A stretch of DNA of 64,000 nucleotides from Staphylococcus phage LY01. Location of the stretch: the sequence record OR836606.1; one strand, given 5' to 3'. The first letter of the stretch is position 1; each line of letters begins with the position of its first letter. The translations under genes and the position numbers were made by a program. This document shows, one piece after another, positions 10,056-19,520 of the stretch. Under the pieces are notes generated by a model. It saw nothing but the letters and a program-made list of their open reading frames with translations, had not been told where the DNA came from and did not search any database.

Positions 10056-10238
10056 GGTATTAAAATGAATGCCCTTTATTATAGTAATATAATATACGAA
10101 AAATATTTAATTGCTAAGAATCTTTAATTAAAGAAATTAGCATCAAATTAATACAATTTGTTCAACGACTAAATAATATTATACTTATTTAAGTATTTGA
10201 TATAGTCTGATCTGTATTAAATTAATACAGTTAACATA
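10056..10238 (+). mobile_element. mini group I intron in beta gene
   Basis: Begins after the exon ...ACTGGT and ends ...ACATAAATG. P5 stem shows covariation (GCTAA/TTAGC here versus GCTGG/TCAGC in other copies). P8 is atacttatttaagtat. Confidence 0.65.
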
Positions 10239-10668
10239 AATGACTCAAGCTAAGCATTTAATTGCTACTAAAACAAATGACCGTCCATTAGTTGGTTCCG
10301 GTGTAGATAAATCTTTAGCCTACCAAATTTCAGACACATTTGCTTTTAAAGCTAAAGAAGATGGAAAAGTAACTTCTATTAATGAGAAAACAGGATTAAT
10401 GATTGTTGAATATATTAATGGAGATAAAGATGTAATTGATATATCTGAAAAACTTGCTAAAAACTCTAATGGCGGATTTTATCAAAATAATAAACTTACA
10501 CCGCAATTTGAAGTAGGTAAGAAATTTAATAAAGGACAAATATTAGCTAAAAATGATAATTACTTTGCAGGTTCTGGTAGTAATAATGATATTCAATTCA
10601 CTGCTGGTAAATTATCTAAAGTTGCAGTAGCTAGCTCATATGGTATTATAAATGCCTTTCATTATAGT
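10239..10668 (+). CDS. rpoB: RNAP beta subunit exon 5
   Basis: TQAKHLIATKTNDRPLVGSGVDKSLAYQ...GKVTSINEKTGLMIVEY aligns to E. coli [29 protein letters not shown]. The exon ends ...VAVASSYG, aligning to VAFMPWNG. Confidence 0.65.
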
Positions 10669-10828
10669 AATATAATGTATAAAAAATATTTAATTGCTGG
10701 AAAGTCTTTATTAAGACAATCAGCATCATTAATTTATAATGTTCAACGACTAAATAATATTATACTTAATTAATATGTATTTGATATAGTCTAATCTGTA
10801 TTGATTAACTCTTAATGCAGTTAATATA
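10669..10828 (+). mobile_element. mini group I intron in beta gene
   Basis: Inserted between WNG|Y-NFED codons (exon ...TCATATGGT | intron ... ATAAATG | ACTTATGAGGAC). Family core elements present. Confidence 0.65.
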
Positions 10829-11591
10829 AATGACTTATGAGGACAGTTCTATTATTTCTAATAGTATGTCTGAAGCTATGTCAACTAAAGTTACTATGAA
10901 GAAAACAGTAAATTTAGCTTCCAATACGAATATTCAATATATTGTAAAAGAAGGTCAAAATGTACGTACAGGAGACCCATTAATGATATTTGAGAATTCA
11001 TTTGATGATGAAGGTATCGGTTCTTTATTAGATAAAATTGGATCTGAATTTGAACAAGAAATCCAAGATATTTCTAATAGAGCTGTTAGATCTAAATATA
11101 CAGGCGTAATTAAGAAAGTAAATATCTATTATAATGATGATATTGAAAATATGTCTCCTACATTAGCTAAATTGGTTAATAGTTATATTAATAAATCTAA
11201 GAATAAATATAAAGAATATAAAAATGCAGTTAAAGGTAACAAATCTACATTACCTGGATTAGATGTAGATATTCCTGCAGTTGAAAAAATCAATAATGAA
11301 AAAATTAAAGGTGAAAAAGTTGATGGTGTTCTTATTGAAATCTTTACAGAATATGAAGATGATATGAGTATCGGTGATAAGATTAGTTTCTATGGGGCGT
11401 GTAAAACGGTCATTGCTGACGTTACTCCACCTGACGAATCCCCTTATGCAGAATATAGACCTGATGAAGAAATTGAAGCTATATTCTCTCCATTAAGTAT
11501 CGTGTCTCGTATGACTACAGATATATATCTCATGTTGTTTACCAATAAAGCACTCATAGAGCTTAAGAGAAAAGTTAAAGATATGCTTTAA
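10829..11591 (+). CDS. rpoB: RNAP beta subunit C-terminal exon
   Basis: TYEDSSIISNS aligns to E. coli YNFEDSILVSE. MSIGDKISFYGACKTVIADVTPPDESPY...EAIFSPLSIVSRMTTDIYLMLF aligns to GDKMAGRHGNKGVISKI...[20 protein letters not shown]. Confidence 0.75.
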
Positions 11592-11596
11592 TATTA

Positions 11597-11640
11597 TATA
11601 CCCTAACCATTTATACTTTGGTTAGGGTTATTTTTAATAA
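11597..11640 (+). terminator. rho-independent terminator
   Basis: Hairpin ccctaaccatttatactttggttaggg followed by a T-run. Confidence 0.5.
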
Positions 11641-11695
11641 ATCATTATTTTAACACATTAATATTAATAAAATAAATAGAAATGAGGAAAATATA

Positions 11696-12115
11696 ATGGA
11701 TTTGAAATCTTTAGAAGAATCTCTAGACAAAGAATTTAATTTAGTTAATGAAGATCCAGAACAAGATTTTTTTAAAAGCATGATAGGGGTTATCATAAAT
11801 CAATATCAAAAAGGGATAGATGGTTTAACAAAACAAGGATATGCTAACTTCCAACCTAGTAAATTTGTTTATGCAGGAACTAATATAAACTTAGAAGTAA
11901 AATGTAAAAACCTAGTTAGTGGAGAAAATACAGAAAGAGATTTTGCTGTAGTTAGAATTAATAGAACTATTGCTTCAGGAGGACAGTATGAAAGCTTAAT
12001 GAATAGAAATAAATCATCTGTATTCCCTGAACTTAAAAAGATGAAACCTTCAGATGAAGCTAAAAAAGCTGCTGAAAGTAGAATTAAGAAGGATAAAATA
12101 AAATTAGAACTTTAA
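11696..12115 (+). CDS. hypothetical protein (late/virion block)
   Basis: 139 aa ORF. N-terminus carries the motif LEESLDKEFNL, which is shared with the C-termini of the next two ORFs. Confidence 0.5.
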   Translation: MDLKSLEESLDKEFNLVNEDPEQDFFKSMIGVIINQYQKGIDGLTKQGYANFQPSKFVYAGTNINLEVKCKNLVSGENTERDFAVVRINRTIASGGQYESLMNRNKSSVFPELKKMKPSDEAKKAAESRIKKDKIKLEL

Positions 12116-12190
12116 AAAGATATCGAGGATATTAGAAATACTAAAGATAAACAAGAGAAAAAAAGAAAGATTAAAGAATATAAAGAAAAA

Positions 12191-12724
12191 TTGAAAAATA
12201 GTAAGAAAAAATTAAATGAAGAATTAAAAAGAGATATTGACACTGATAAAGAAGAACCTATTTGTGAAGAATGTGGATCTAAAATGTCTCCAAATGAATC
12301 AGGTCAATTAGTATGTGAAGAATGTGGTAACACTTCTGATGTTGCAGTTCAAGAAGGAGTTGTTGAACCTGATAATCTTGAAGCAGATTTTGCTAAAGCT
12401 TGTATGAATTTTAAAATAAAAGCTAAAAGTAATGGCATTAGAATTGATTCAGGTAATGCTGTAGTTGTAGCCAAACGTACTGGTGGTAAAAATGCTGCTT
12501 TGGAGGTACCTATTAAATATAAAGGTAAAGATAAAATTAGAAGAATACCGATTGGTATAGTTGCAGATCGTTTCAAAGAAGCACAAAAATGGGTTCAAAG
12601 TAATGGTAATAAATTTGTATCCATCTTTAAGAAAGCTCCTGATAAGAAACCTGAAATTGATGAAGATGATAAAGTTATTGAGAACTTAGAAAAAATATTA
12701 GATGAAGAATTTAATTTAAACTAA
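12191..12724 (+). CDS. hypothetical protein with Zn-ribbon (CEECGS...VCEECG)
   Basis: 177 aa ORF. Zn-ribbon motif CEECGSKMSPNESGQLVCEECGNTS. C-terminal LEKILDEEFNLN. Confidence 0.5.
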   Translation: MKNSKKKLNEELKRDIDTDKEEPICEECGSKMSPNESGQLVCEECGNTSDVAVQEGVVEPDNLEADFAKACMNFKIKAKSNGIRIDSGNAVVVAKRTGGKNAALEVPIKYKGKDKIRRIPIGIVADRFKEAQKWVQSNGNKFVSIFKKAPDKKPEIDEDDKVIENLEKILDEEFNLN

Positions 12725-12767
12725 ACTATATAGAAAAAAATAAATTAAGAAAGTAGGAATTATAATT

Positions 12768-13277
12768 ATGGAAGATTTTTTACAAGAAACACTATTAAAT
12801 GAAGGTAAAGTAAGAGACACTGCTAGAAAAATGTTAAACCCTTCCGATAAAGATACTGAAGAAAGATTCGTAGCACGTGCTACTAAAAAGAAAGCTAAAA
12901 TTATCGCCAAAGGTAAAAAGTTTGATGAAAATGAATTTAGTTTAGACGCAGAAAAAGATGGAACAGTTAACTTTATTTTTAGATTAGTTGACAAATCAGG
13001 GTCTTCTTCTGTATTACAACGTTTTATTCAGGTATGCAAATTTTCAGATCCTGAGAAAGCTAAGAAATGGGCTCAAGCTAATGAAAAGAAATATATTGCA
13101 TTATTCAAAAAATTACCTACTAAATTAAATGAAGCTATGGAAAATAAAATTGATTCAGTTGTAAGTCCTGTTGAAGAAGCTTTATTTAGTTTATTTGAAG
13201 CTATTAAAGAAGAAGAACAAACTAATGAAGAAATCAATTCTTTAGAAGAAGCTTTAGATAGAGAATTCGGTCTTTAA
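12768..13277 (+). CDS. hypothetical protein
   Basis: 169 aa ORF; C-terminal LEEALDREFGL; Shine-Dalgarno site upstream. Confidence 0.5.
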   Translation: MEDFLQETLLNEGKVRDTARKMLNPSDKDTEERFVARATKKKAKIIAKGKKFDENEFSLDAEKDGTVNFIFRLVDKSGSSSVLQRFIQVCKFSDPEKAKKWAQANEKKYIALFKKLPTKLNEAMENKIDSVVSPVEEALFSLFEAIKEEEQTNEEINSLEEALDREFGL

Positions 13278-13278
13278 T

Positions 13279-13322
13279 TTTTTATCCCAATACCTTATAT
13301 TAATAGGTATTGGGATTATTAT
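13279..13322. terminator. rho-independent terminator
   Basis: Hairpin cccaataccttatattaataggtattggg flanked by T- and A-runs. The same stem sequence recurs at 44925-44955 and 57668-57712. Confidence 0.5.
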
Positions 13323-13394
13323 ATTAAAACAAAATTCAAAGATAACAATACCATATACGAAAATTAATAAAGAAAGTGAGGATAATGAGAATAT

Positions 13395-14663
13395 ATGGGT
13401 ACATTTATATCAAATGATGAATTACAACCAAAAGATATTGTAAATAGTTACGTATCCTCATATTTATCCGGTACAGAAAAATATAGTAAGTTTCAAGCAG
13501 GAGCTCCTAGTTTTGTTACATACTATAGTAAAGATCATGAGAAATCTACTTCTGATCGTTCACTAGATAATGTTGAAGAAATTATTGGAGATAATTCTCC
13601 ACTGAAATATAACAAATTAAAAGATTTTCCCTTATATAATGTAGCTGAAATGAATCCTACAATTGAATGGGACGAAGAATGGGGAACTGATAAAGACCTA
13701 GAATCTGAAGCGGTTATATTACCAGGTACTATTGAACCTTTACCAGATGATTTTATTGTATTTCAGTATCAATCTAAAGAAAATGCAACTAGTAGAATAT
13801 ATCGTGTAACTAACGTAGAAATGAGTTCACTAGAGAATTCAGCTTACTATAAAATACAATATCAGAATTTTAATGTTAATACAGAAGATATTGAAAATCA
13901 AGTATCAAACGTGTATAGAACAGTATTTTCCAATATTGGAACAGATAATAAATCGCTGATATTAGAAGAAGATTTCTATCAAGTTAATCACAGTATTAAA
14001 TATGCTGATGAATTTTCACAAATATTTATTGATCATTTCTATAATTCTTCATTAAATACTTTTATTTACTATGAAGATGAGTTCAGTGCAGTTGCATCAA
14101 CTAAATATATTGATTTGAATTTATCTAGATTTATTTATGATAATAATCTATTAGTAAAATCTAACACCTATCTTTCTAATATATTACCTTATAAAGATAA
14201 AAATCCTAAGAATGAAAGAATAAATCAAAAGAATTATAAATTCTCTCTATATGAAAAATTAAAGGATAAAAAGACTTTACCTAATGTTATTACTCTTAAT
14301 GACACTAAGGATAATTTCTTAAAAATGTTTAGAGAGAAGTATAAAGAAATAAGCTTCGTTCATAAAAGTATAGAAGACACTGAAGTATTAGATGGATTAA
14401 ACGATTTTATAGAATTGAGTAATTTAACTAAGATTAATGAAGTTAATGAAGATTATCAAGGCACTAAAAGTTTAACTTACTTTGACGATAGATATAAATT
14501 AATCTCAATGTATATGAATGATGAAAAGGTAGAAGAAAAAATATTAAGTAAAGTGTTTAATTACTATGATGATAAATATGATATGAATATGGAAGATTAT
14601 GTATTACTTCCGTGTATATTATTTATTATTAAAGATAGTATTGAAGGAACTTTTAGAAAATAA
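13395..14663 (+). CDS. hypothetical (possible virion structural) protein
   Basis: 422 aa ORF in the late-gene block; no recognisable motif. Confidence 0.4.
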   Translation: MGTFISNDELQPKDIVNSYVSSYLSGTEKYSKFQAGAPSFVTYYSKDHEKSTSDRSLDNVEEIIGDNSPLKYNKLKDFPLYNVAEMNPTIEWDEEWGTDKDLESEAVILPGTIEPLPDDFIVFQYQSKENATSRIYRVTNVEMSSLENSAYYKIQYQNFNVNTEDIENQVSNVYRTVFSNIGTDNKSLILEEDFYQVNHSIKYADEFSQIFIDHFYNSSLNTFIYYEDEFSAVASTKYIDLNLSRFIYDNNLLVKSNTYLSNILPYKDKNPKNERINQKNYKFSLYEKLKDKKTLPNVITLNDTKDNFLKMFREKYKEISFVHKSIEDTEVLDGLNDFIELSNLTKINEVNEDYQGTKSLTYFDDRYKLISMYMNDEKVEEKILSKVFNYYDDKYDMNMEDYVLLPCILFIIKDSIEGTFRK

Positions 14664-14683
14664 TTTAAGGAGGATATTTAAAA

Positions 14684-16606
14684 ATGTCTGAAGAAAATAA
14701 AAATGATATGTTGTTATTTGAAGATGATTTAAATGATGATGAAAATGAAGAATTAAAACGTGACATTCCTGAAGATGATGAGGAATTAGAAGAAATGTTT
14801 AATGGATTAATTAATGAAGAAGAAATTGATGATGAAGAATCTGATGATCTTGATGAAATTGAAGATGCTGAAGAAGAAGATGGTGTCGAGATAATTGATT
14901 CTGATCATCCTGACTATGATCAACCAATCATATTAGATAAAGATGAAACTATTACTACAGATGTAGCTAATTCAGATAATGAAATTGAAGAAGATTACTT
15001 ATTCGAAGATGAAAAAGAAGATGAAGATAAGAAACAACCAGGATATTCTGAATTGAGAGCTAAATTCTTAGATTCTCAAATGATAGTTCCTACTACTTTT
15101 GGTCCACATAACTCAGTTTCTGTAAATACTTCTAATTCAGGTGTGAGCGCATCTTCTGTTAGTGATGGTGGAATGTCAGCAGCTAACGGTTCAGCTACAG
15201 TATCTGGTGCTGTAACTGAGAGTGTTAGAGGTGGCGCTTATTTATATGAAAAAGATCTACCTCCAGAATACACTTATGTAGATTTAAGAAATGGAATTCT
15301 AGCTACTGACGCTAAAGTTGGTTACACTATCGGCACACCGGAAGTGGATGACGTTAATAAAGATGGTAAAATTGATATTATTGCTAATGAAAATTATGTA
15401 GATGATAAAAATAAAGCATTTCCATTCATTGCCATTGGAGAAGATTCTGATTTTGCTGTAGTCAAATCATTTAAAAACCATGCAGAGAAAATTCATGAAA
15501 CTCTATTAAACACATTTAAATTAGAGAATGAAAATAAAAAACAAATTTTTGTTACTAATGAATCAATTGAAAATGTTAGACGTATTTTAAGTGAAACTGG
15601 TAAAATTGAAAATGGAAAGGCTATTTGTGAAAATTGTGGAAGCAATTTAACAATGAATGAATCAAATGAATTAGTATGTGAAAATTGTAATGAAGAAATT
15701 GAAGAATCTTTAAAAAATTCTAAAGAAGTTGGAGAAGTAATTTGTAATGAATGTGGTGTTCAAGAAACAGTCGACCCTAACGTCAATGAAGATGAGTTAG
15801 TATGTGAAAATTGTGGTTCTACTGATGTTGAATTTAAAACTAAAGTTATTAATGAAGATGAAGTTAATGAATCTTATACAATTAAAGATTTGATTAGATA
15901 TACAAATGCTTTATCTGAATCTTTAGGTAAACGTGTTGATATTGTCATTAGTAAAGAATCTTATATGGAAGAAGTTCCTAAAGTTTATAATCCTTCTTCA
16001 TTATTAGTTAATAAAGTGGATTTTGGTGAAGGATTTAAAAAAGTAATTGTAGTTGAACCTAAAGTGAACAATATACTTAAAGAATTCTATACGGATAATG
16101 AAATAACTTTAGAAAATTTAGAAAAAGAATTTAATATGAATGCAATTCAACGTGTTAATAATGAATCTCAATCAGGTCTTTTAGAAAATTATCTTAATCC
16201 TTTAGATGAGGTCAATGAAGATGTTAAAGAAAAATTATCTAAGGAAATTAATTTAGAATTACTAGAAGAAAATATTAATTTCCAATTAAAAAATAAAGAT
16301 GATTCACTTTATGAAGGAATTGAGGAATCATTAGAAGAATACTATGAAGATATAGTGTTTGAAGCTTATGAAAATGTACCTAATGAAGATGAAACTCGTC
16401 TTAAAAAATTCTTAGAAGAAAATATTAATGATCTTAATGTAAGCAAAGTAATTCAAGTTAATGAATCTTCTATTTCTATTAATGGACATGATTCCGTATC
16501 TTTTGATGAATATACAGAAAAAGAATTAATGGAAAAACTTTCTGAAGAAAGTAGATTAGAAAGAGATTTATTAAATGAAAATATTTTTAAAATTATTAAT
16601 ATTTAA
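14684..16606 (+). CDS. acidic protein with three Zn-ribbon motifs
   Basis: 640 aa. The N-terminal 120 aa are rich in D/E. Three Zn-ribbon motifs (CENCGSNLTMNESNELVCENCN, CNECGVQETV...LVCENCGS) match the motif in the 12191 ORF. Confidence 0.5.
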   Translation: MSEENKNDMLLFEDDLNDDENEELKRDIPEDDEELEEMFNGLINEEEIDDEESDDLDEIEDAEEEDGVEIIDSDHPDYDQPIILDKDETITTDVANSDNEIEEDYLFEDEKEDEDKKQPGYSELRAKFLDSQMIVPTTFGPHNSVSVNTSNSGVSASSVSDGGMSAANGSATVSGAVTESVRGGAYLYEKDLPPEYTYVDLRNGILATDAKVGYTIGTPEVDDVNKDGKIDIIANENYVDDKNKAFPFIAIGEDSDFAVVKSFKNHAEKIHETLLNTFKLENENKKQIFVTNESIENVRRILSETGKIENGKAICENCGSNLTMNESNELVCENCNEEIEESLKNSKEVGEVICNECGVQETVDPNVNEDELVCENCGSTDVEFKTKVINEDEVNESYTIKDLIRYTNALSESLGKRVDIVISKESYMEEVPKVYNPSSLLVNKVDFGEGFKKVIVVEPKVNNILKEFYTDNEITLENLEKEFNMNAIQRVNNESQSGLLENYLNPLDEVNEDVKEKLSKEINLELLEENINFQLKNKDDSLYEGIEESLEEYYEDIVFEAYENVPNEDETRLKKFLEENINDLNVSKVIQVNESSISINGHDSVSFDEYTEKELMEKLSEESRLERDLLNENIFKIINI

Positions 16607-16776
16607 AATTTATAACATTATTATATAATAATTATTTTTGCTATTAAATAAATTCCCTAATACATTACTAAACGATGAGCCAATTAAAAAAATAAGAGAC
16701 TGTCATCGATTTACAAGTGTATTAGGGGAATTTTATCGCATTTATTTTAACATCAAATAGAAAGTAGGAGAAAATC

Positions 16777-17862
16777 ATGGCAGAAAACAATGAAATTTTA
16801 ATAACTGTTCCTCATAAAACATATATACCTAATAAAGGAATGGGACCAATAAATAAACCTTTTTATGTTGACAAAGATATTTTAAAATTATATGACTTAA
16901 TGAATATACAATATAAGAGAATAACCGATTATGATTATACAGATATAAATGAAGATGGAAAATATGAAGTTAAAGAAATCAAATCAGTGGAAGATTATAT
17001 TGAACAGAAGTATTTACAAGTTAATGAAATATTTAAACAAATAAAAATTATGTCTAATGATAGTGAAAATATTAATAGAGAAATAGAAGATAAATTTGAA
17101 AAAGTTAAAAAGAACTTAATTAACGCTGACAGTCTTGATGCATATTTGAGCGATCTTGATAAATTTAAATATGATATAGAAGATAAAAAACTAGATCTCC
17201 AAACTGAAAAAGAAAATGTAATTTCAACAATAGAAGATATGAATAATAAATTGGATAGTGTGAAAGAAACTTTATCTGATTTTGAAAATGTAAGAGAACA
17301 ATTCAATAGTAATTATAACAACACAATGAGTCTTAATGATGAAATGCAGAACTTAAGTGAAACTGCAAACTATATTAAGAGCATGGTAAATGATGTAGCT
17401 AATGTAGAAAAAAAATTAAATCTTATAAAAGATAAAACTGCAGAATTAGAATTATCACAGGAATCATTTAACAATAGTATAAGTGATTTTGAAAATAAAT
17501 TATTAGATTATAAAGAGAATCTTAAAAATTATATGATAGAAAATGCTGAAATGTATAAAGGTGAACCAGGCAAACAAGGACCAAAAGGAGAACCTTTCAA
17601 ATATTCTGATTTCACTCCAGAACAATTAAAGGAATTAAAAGGAGAACCTTTCAAATATTCTGATTTCACATCAGAACAATTAGAAGAATTAAAAGGAGAA
17701 TCTTTTGAATATTCTGATTTTACTCAAGATCAATTAGAGCTATTAAAAGGTGAAAAAGGTGATAAAGGAGATTCAGTTCCTCCTAAAGTATTTACCAAAG
17801 AAGAATATGAAAATTTACCAAATAAAGATCCAAATACTCTATACTTTATAAGTGAGGGATAA
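16777..17862 (+). CDS. tail fibre-like protein with coiled coil and collagen-like/tandem repeats
   Basis: Coiled-coil heptads; GEPGKQGPKGEP followed by three tandem repeats of about 20 aa (FKYSDFTPEQLKELKGEP), then GEKGDKGD; C-terminal ...DPNTLYFISEG. Confidence 0.5.
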   Translation: MAENNEILITVPHKTYIPNKGMGPINKPFYVDKDILKLYDLMNIQYKRITDYDYTDINEDGKYEVKEIKSVEDYIEQKYLQVNEIFKQIKIMSNDSENINREIEDKFEKVKKNLINADSLDAYLSDLDKFKYDIEDKKLDLQTEKENVISTIEDMNNKLDSVKETLSDFENVREQFNSNYNNTMSLNDEMQNLSETANYIKSMVNDVANVEKKLNLIKDKTAELELSQESFNNSISDFENKLLDYKENLKNYMIENAEMYKGEPGKQGPKGEPFKYSDFTPEQLKELKGEPFKYSDFTSEQLEELKGESFEYSDFTQDQLELLKGEKGDKGDSVPPKVFTKEEYENLPNKDPNTLYFISEG

Positions 17863-17867
17863 TTAAT

Positions 17868-18578
17868 ATGATTAATATAGGAAAACAAACAATCCCTTTT
17901 TTGTATAAAGGAAATAATCTTTTATACCCAAGTATAACAAAAGAAAATTTAGTATTGTATTTGGATTTTAAACAATTAACCGGTAAAAGAATTAATAATC
18001 GTCAAATGAAAGATTTGACTTTAAATAATAATATAACATTCAATAATTTCCCAATTTATCCAAATAATTTAATAATGGATTCTATCAAGCTTGACGGAAT
18101 TGATGATTATATCCTTAGTGATGCTAAAGTTGGCGGAAAATCTTTCACCTTACTTCAAAGTCTAGAGATTGTTAGTGATAAAGAACAACAGTTTTTCCAC
18201 TGTTTTAACAATCCTTCTTTTTATATGAGAAAATATCGAAATTTATTACAGTGCTCAGTTAATTATGGGACGCAGACATTAATAACTGCAAATGATATTT
18301 TTCTAGAATTTCCTAAAAAAATTTTTATAGGTTACTCATTCGATTATGAAAAGAAAGAAATAAAACTAATAATTAATGGAAATATTGTTGATAGTAGAAT
18401 TATCACTATCACGTCAAATGTTGATTTAACATTAACTAACATAGGACAGTATTACACTCCTAGTAAAACATATAATTTTGATGGTAATCTTTGTTCTATT
18501 TCATTGTATGATAGAGCTTTAACTAATGAAGAAATAATGAAAAATTATTTAGTGGATAAAGAAAGATGGGGTGTTTAA
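17868..18578 (+). CDS. LamG/concanavalin-like domain protein (paralog 1)
   Basis: N-terminus GKQTIPFLYKGNNLLYP is paralogous to the next ORF; C-terminal LamG-like region (IINGNIVDS...). Start overlaps the preceding stop. Confidence 0.45.
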   Translation: MINIGKQTIPFLYKGNNLLYPSITKENLVLYLDFKQLTGKRINNRQMKDLTLNNNITFNNFPIYPNNLIMDSIKLDGIDDYILSDAKVGGKSFTLLQSLEIVSDKEQQFFHCFNNPSFYMRKYRNLLQCSVNYGTQTLITANDIFLEFPKKIFIGYSFDYEKKEIKLIINGNIVDSRIITITSNVDLTLTNIGQYYTPSKTYNFDGNLCSISLYDRALTNEEIMKNYLVDKERWGV

Positions 18579-19406
18579 GTGAGTATAATAAGAATGGGTG
18601 ACAAATCTATTGCCTTTGTATATAAAGGTAATGATTTAATTTATCCAAATCCTATTGAAGATGGTTTAATATTATGGTATGATTTTGCGGGAATGAAAAA
18701 TGATAGTGTTAATAAAAATATTACAAAAGATTTAACTAAAAACACAAATGAAAGTGCTAAACACTTTAATTTTTTATACAATTCTCAAAGCGGTTATAAT
18801 AAGGGAATAAAGTTTGATGGCATTGATGATGAAATTATTCCAATGATAAAATATAAAGACGATATAACACGACAGCTAGATATGAAAAAAATAAATAATG
18901 GTCAAATCTTTTCAATTGAAATGACATTAAAAATGTCAGATAAGATTATAGACAAAGGATCAGAAATATTTATGACTGACAAAACATATGGTAGGTTCTG
19001 GTTACAATTTTTGAAAGATAATAACTATACAGAGACTGATGAGTTTGTTATATCTGCTTCAACATATTATGGAAATGAGGGTGGAAGAAATACTTCTGCC
19101 TTTAGCATAAAAGAATCATATAAATACGGAGATGAATTTCATTTAATTACTACATTAGATAAAAATGATAAAATCGTATTATATGTAAATGGAATAAAAA
19201 AAGATGAAAAAACTTTAGGTGACATTGCAATTACGACACCTCAGGAGGAAGAACTTTTAGTTTATATAGGTCAAGGAGATTCAAGTACGTATTATCGTAG
19301 ATTTGATCATGAAATATACTCAATGAAAATATATGACAAGGTTCTTACTGAAGAAGAAGTTAAACATAATTATGAATTGGAAAAAGTAAGATGGGAGTTA
19401 GAATAA
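18579..19406 (+). CDS. LamG/concanavalin-like domain protein (paralog 2), possible receptor-binding protein
   Basis: GDKSIAFVYKGNDLIYPNP; HLITTLDKNDKIVLYVNGIKKDEKTLGD is typical of the laminin-G/ConA-like fold. Confidence 0.5.
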   Translation: MSIIRMGDKSIAFVYKGNDLIYPNPIEDGLILWYDFAGMKNDSVNKNITKDLTKNTNESAKHFNFLYNSQSGYNKGIKFDGIDDEIIPMIKYKDDITRQLDMKKINNGQIFSIEMTLKMSDKIIDKGSEIFMTDKTYGRFWLQFLKDNNYTETDEFVISASTYYGNEGGRNTSAFSIKESYKYGDEFHLITTLDKNDKIVLYVNGIKKDEKTLGDIAITTPQEEELLVYIGQGDSSTYYRRFDHEIYSMKIYDKVLTEEEVKHNYELEKVRWELE

Positions 19407-19520
19407 TAATCTAAATAATGAACTATCTTTTTTGATTATTATGACTTACTCAAGAAAAATAGATATATGATAGATTGTTGCTATTAAATATTATAGATTA
19501 GAAAAAGAAAGAAGTGATAT

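Noticed and set aside
9557-10828. Programmed translational bypassing (T4 gene 60-like hops) as an alternative to splicing
   Set aside because: The elements are 130-180 nt with a conserved ribozyme-like core, and positions are independent of reading frame. There is no consistent take-off/landing codon pair or in-frame stop at a fixed position. It cannot be fully excluded without RNA data.
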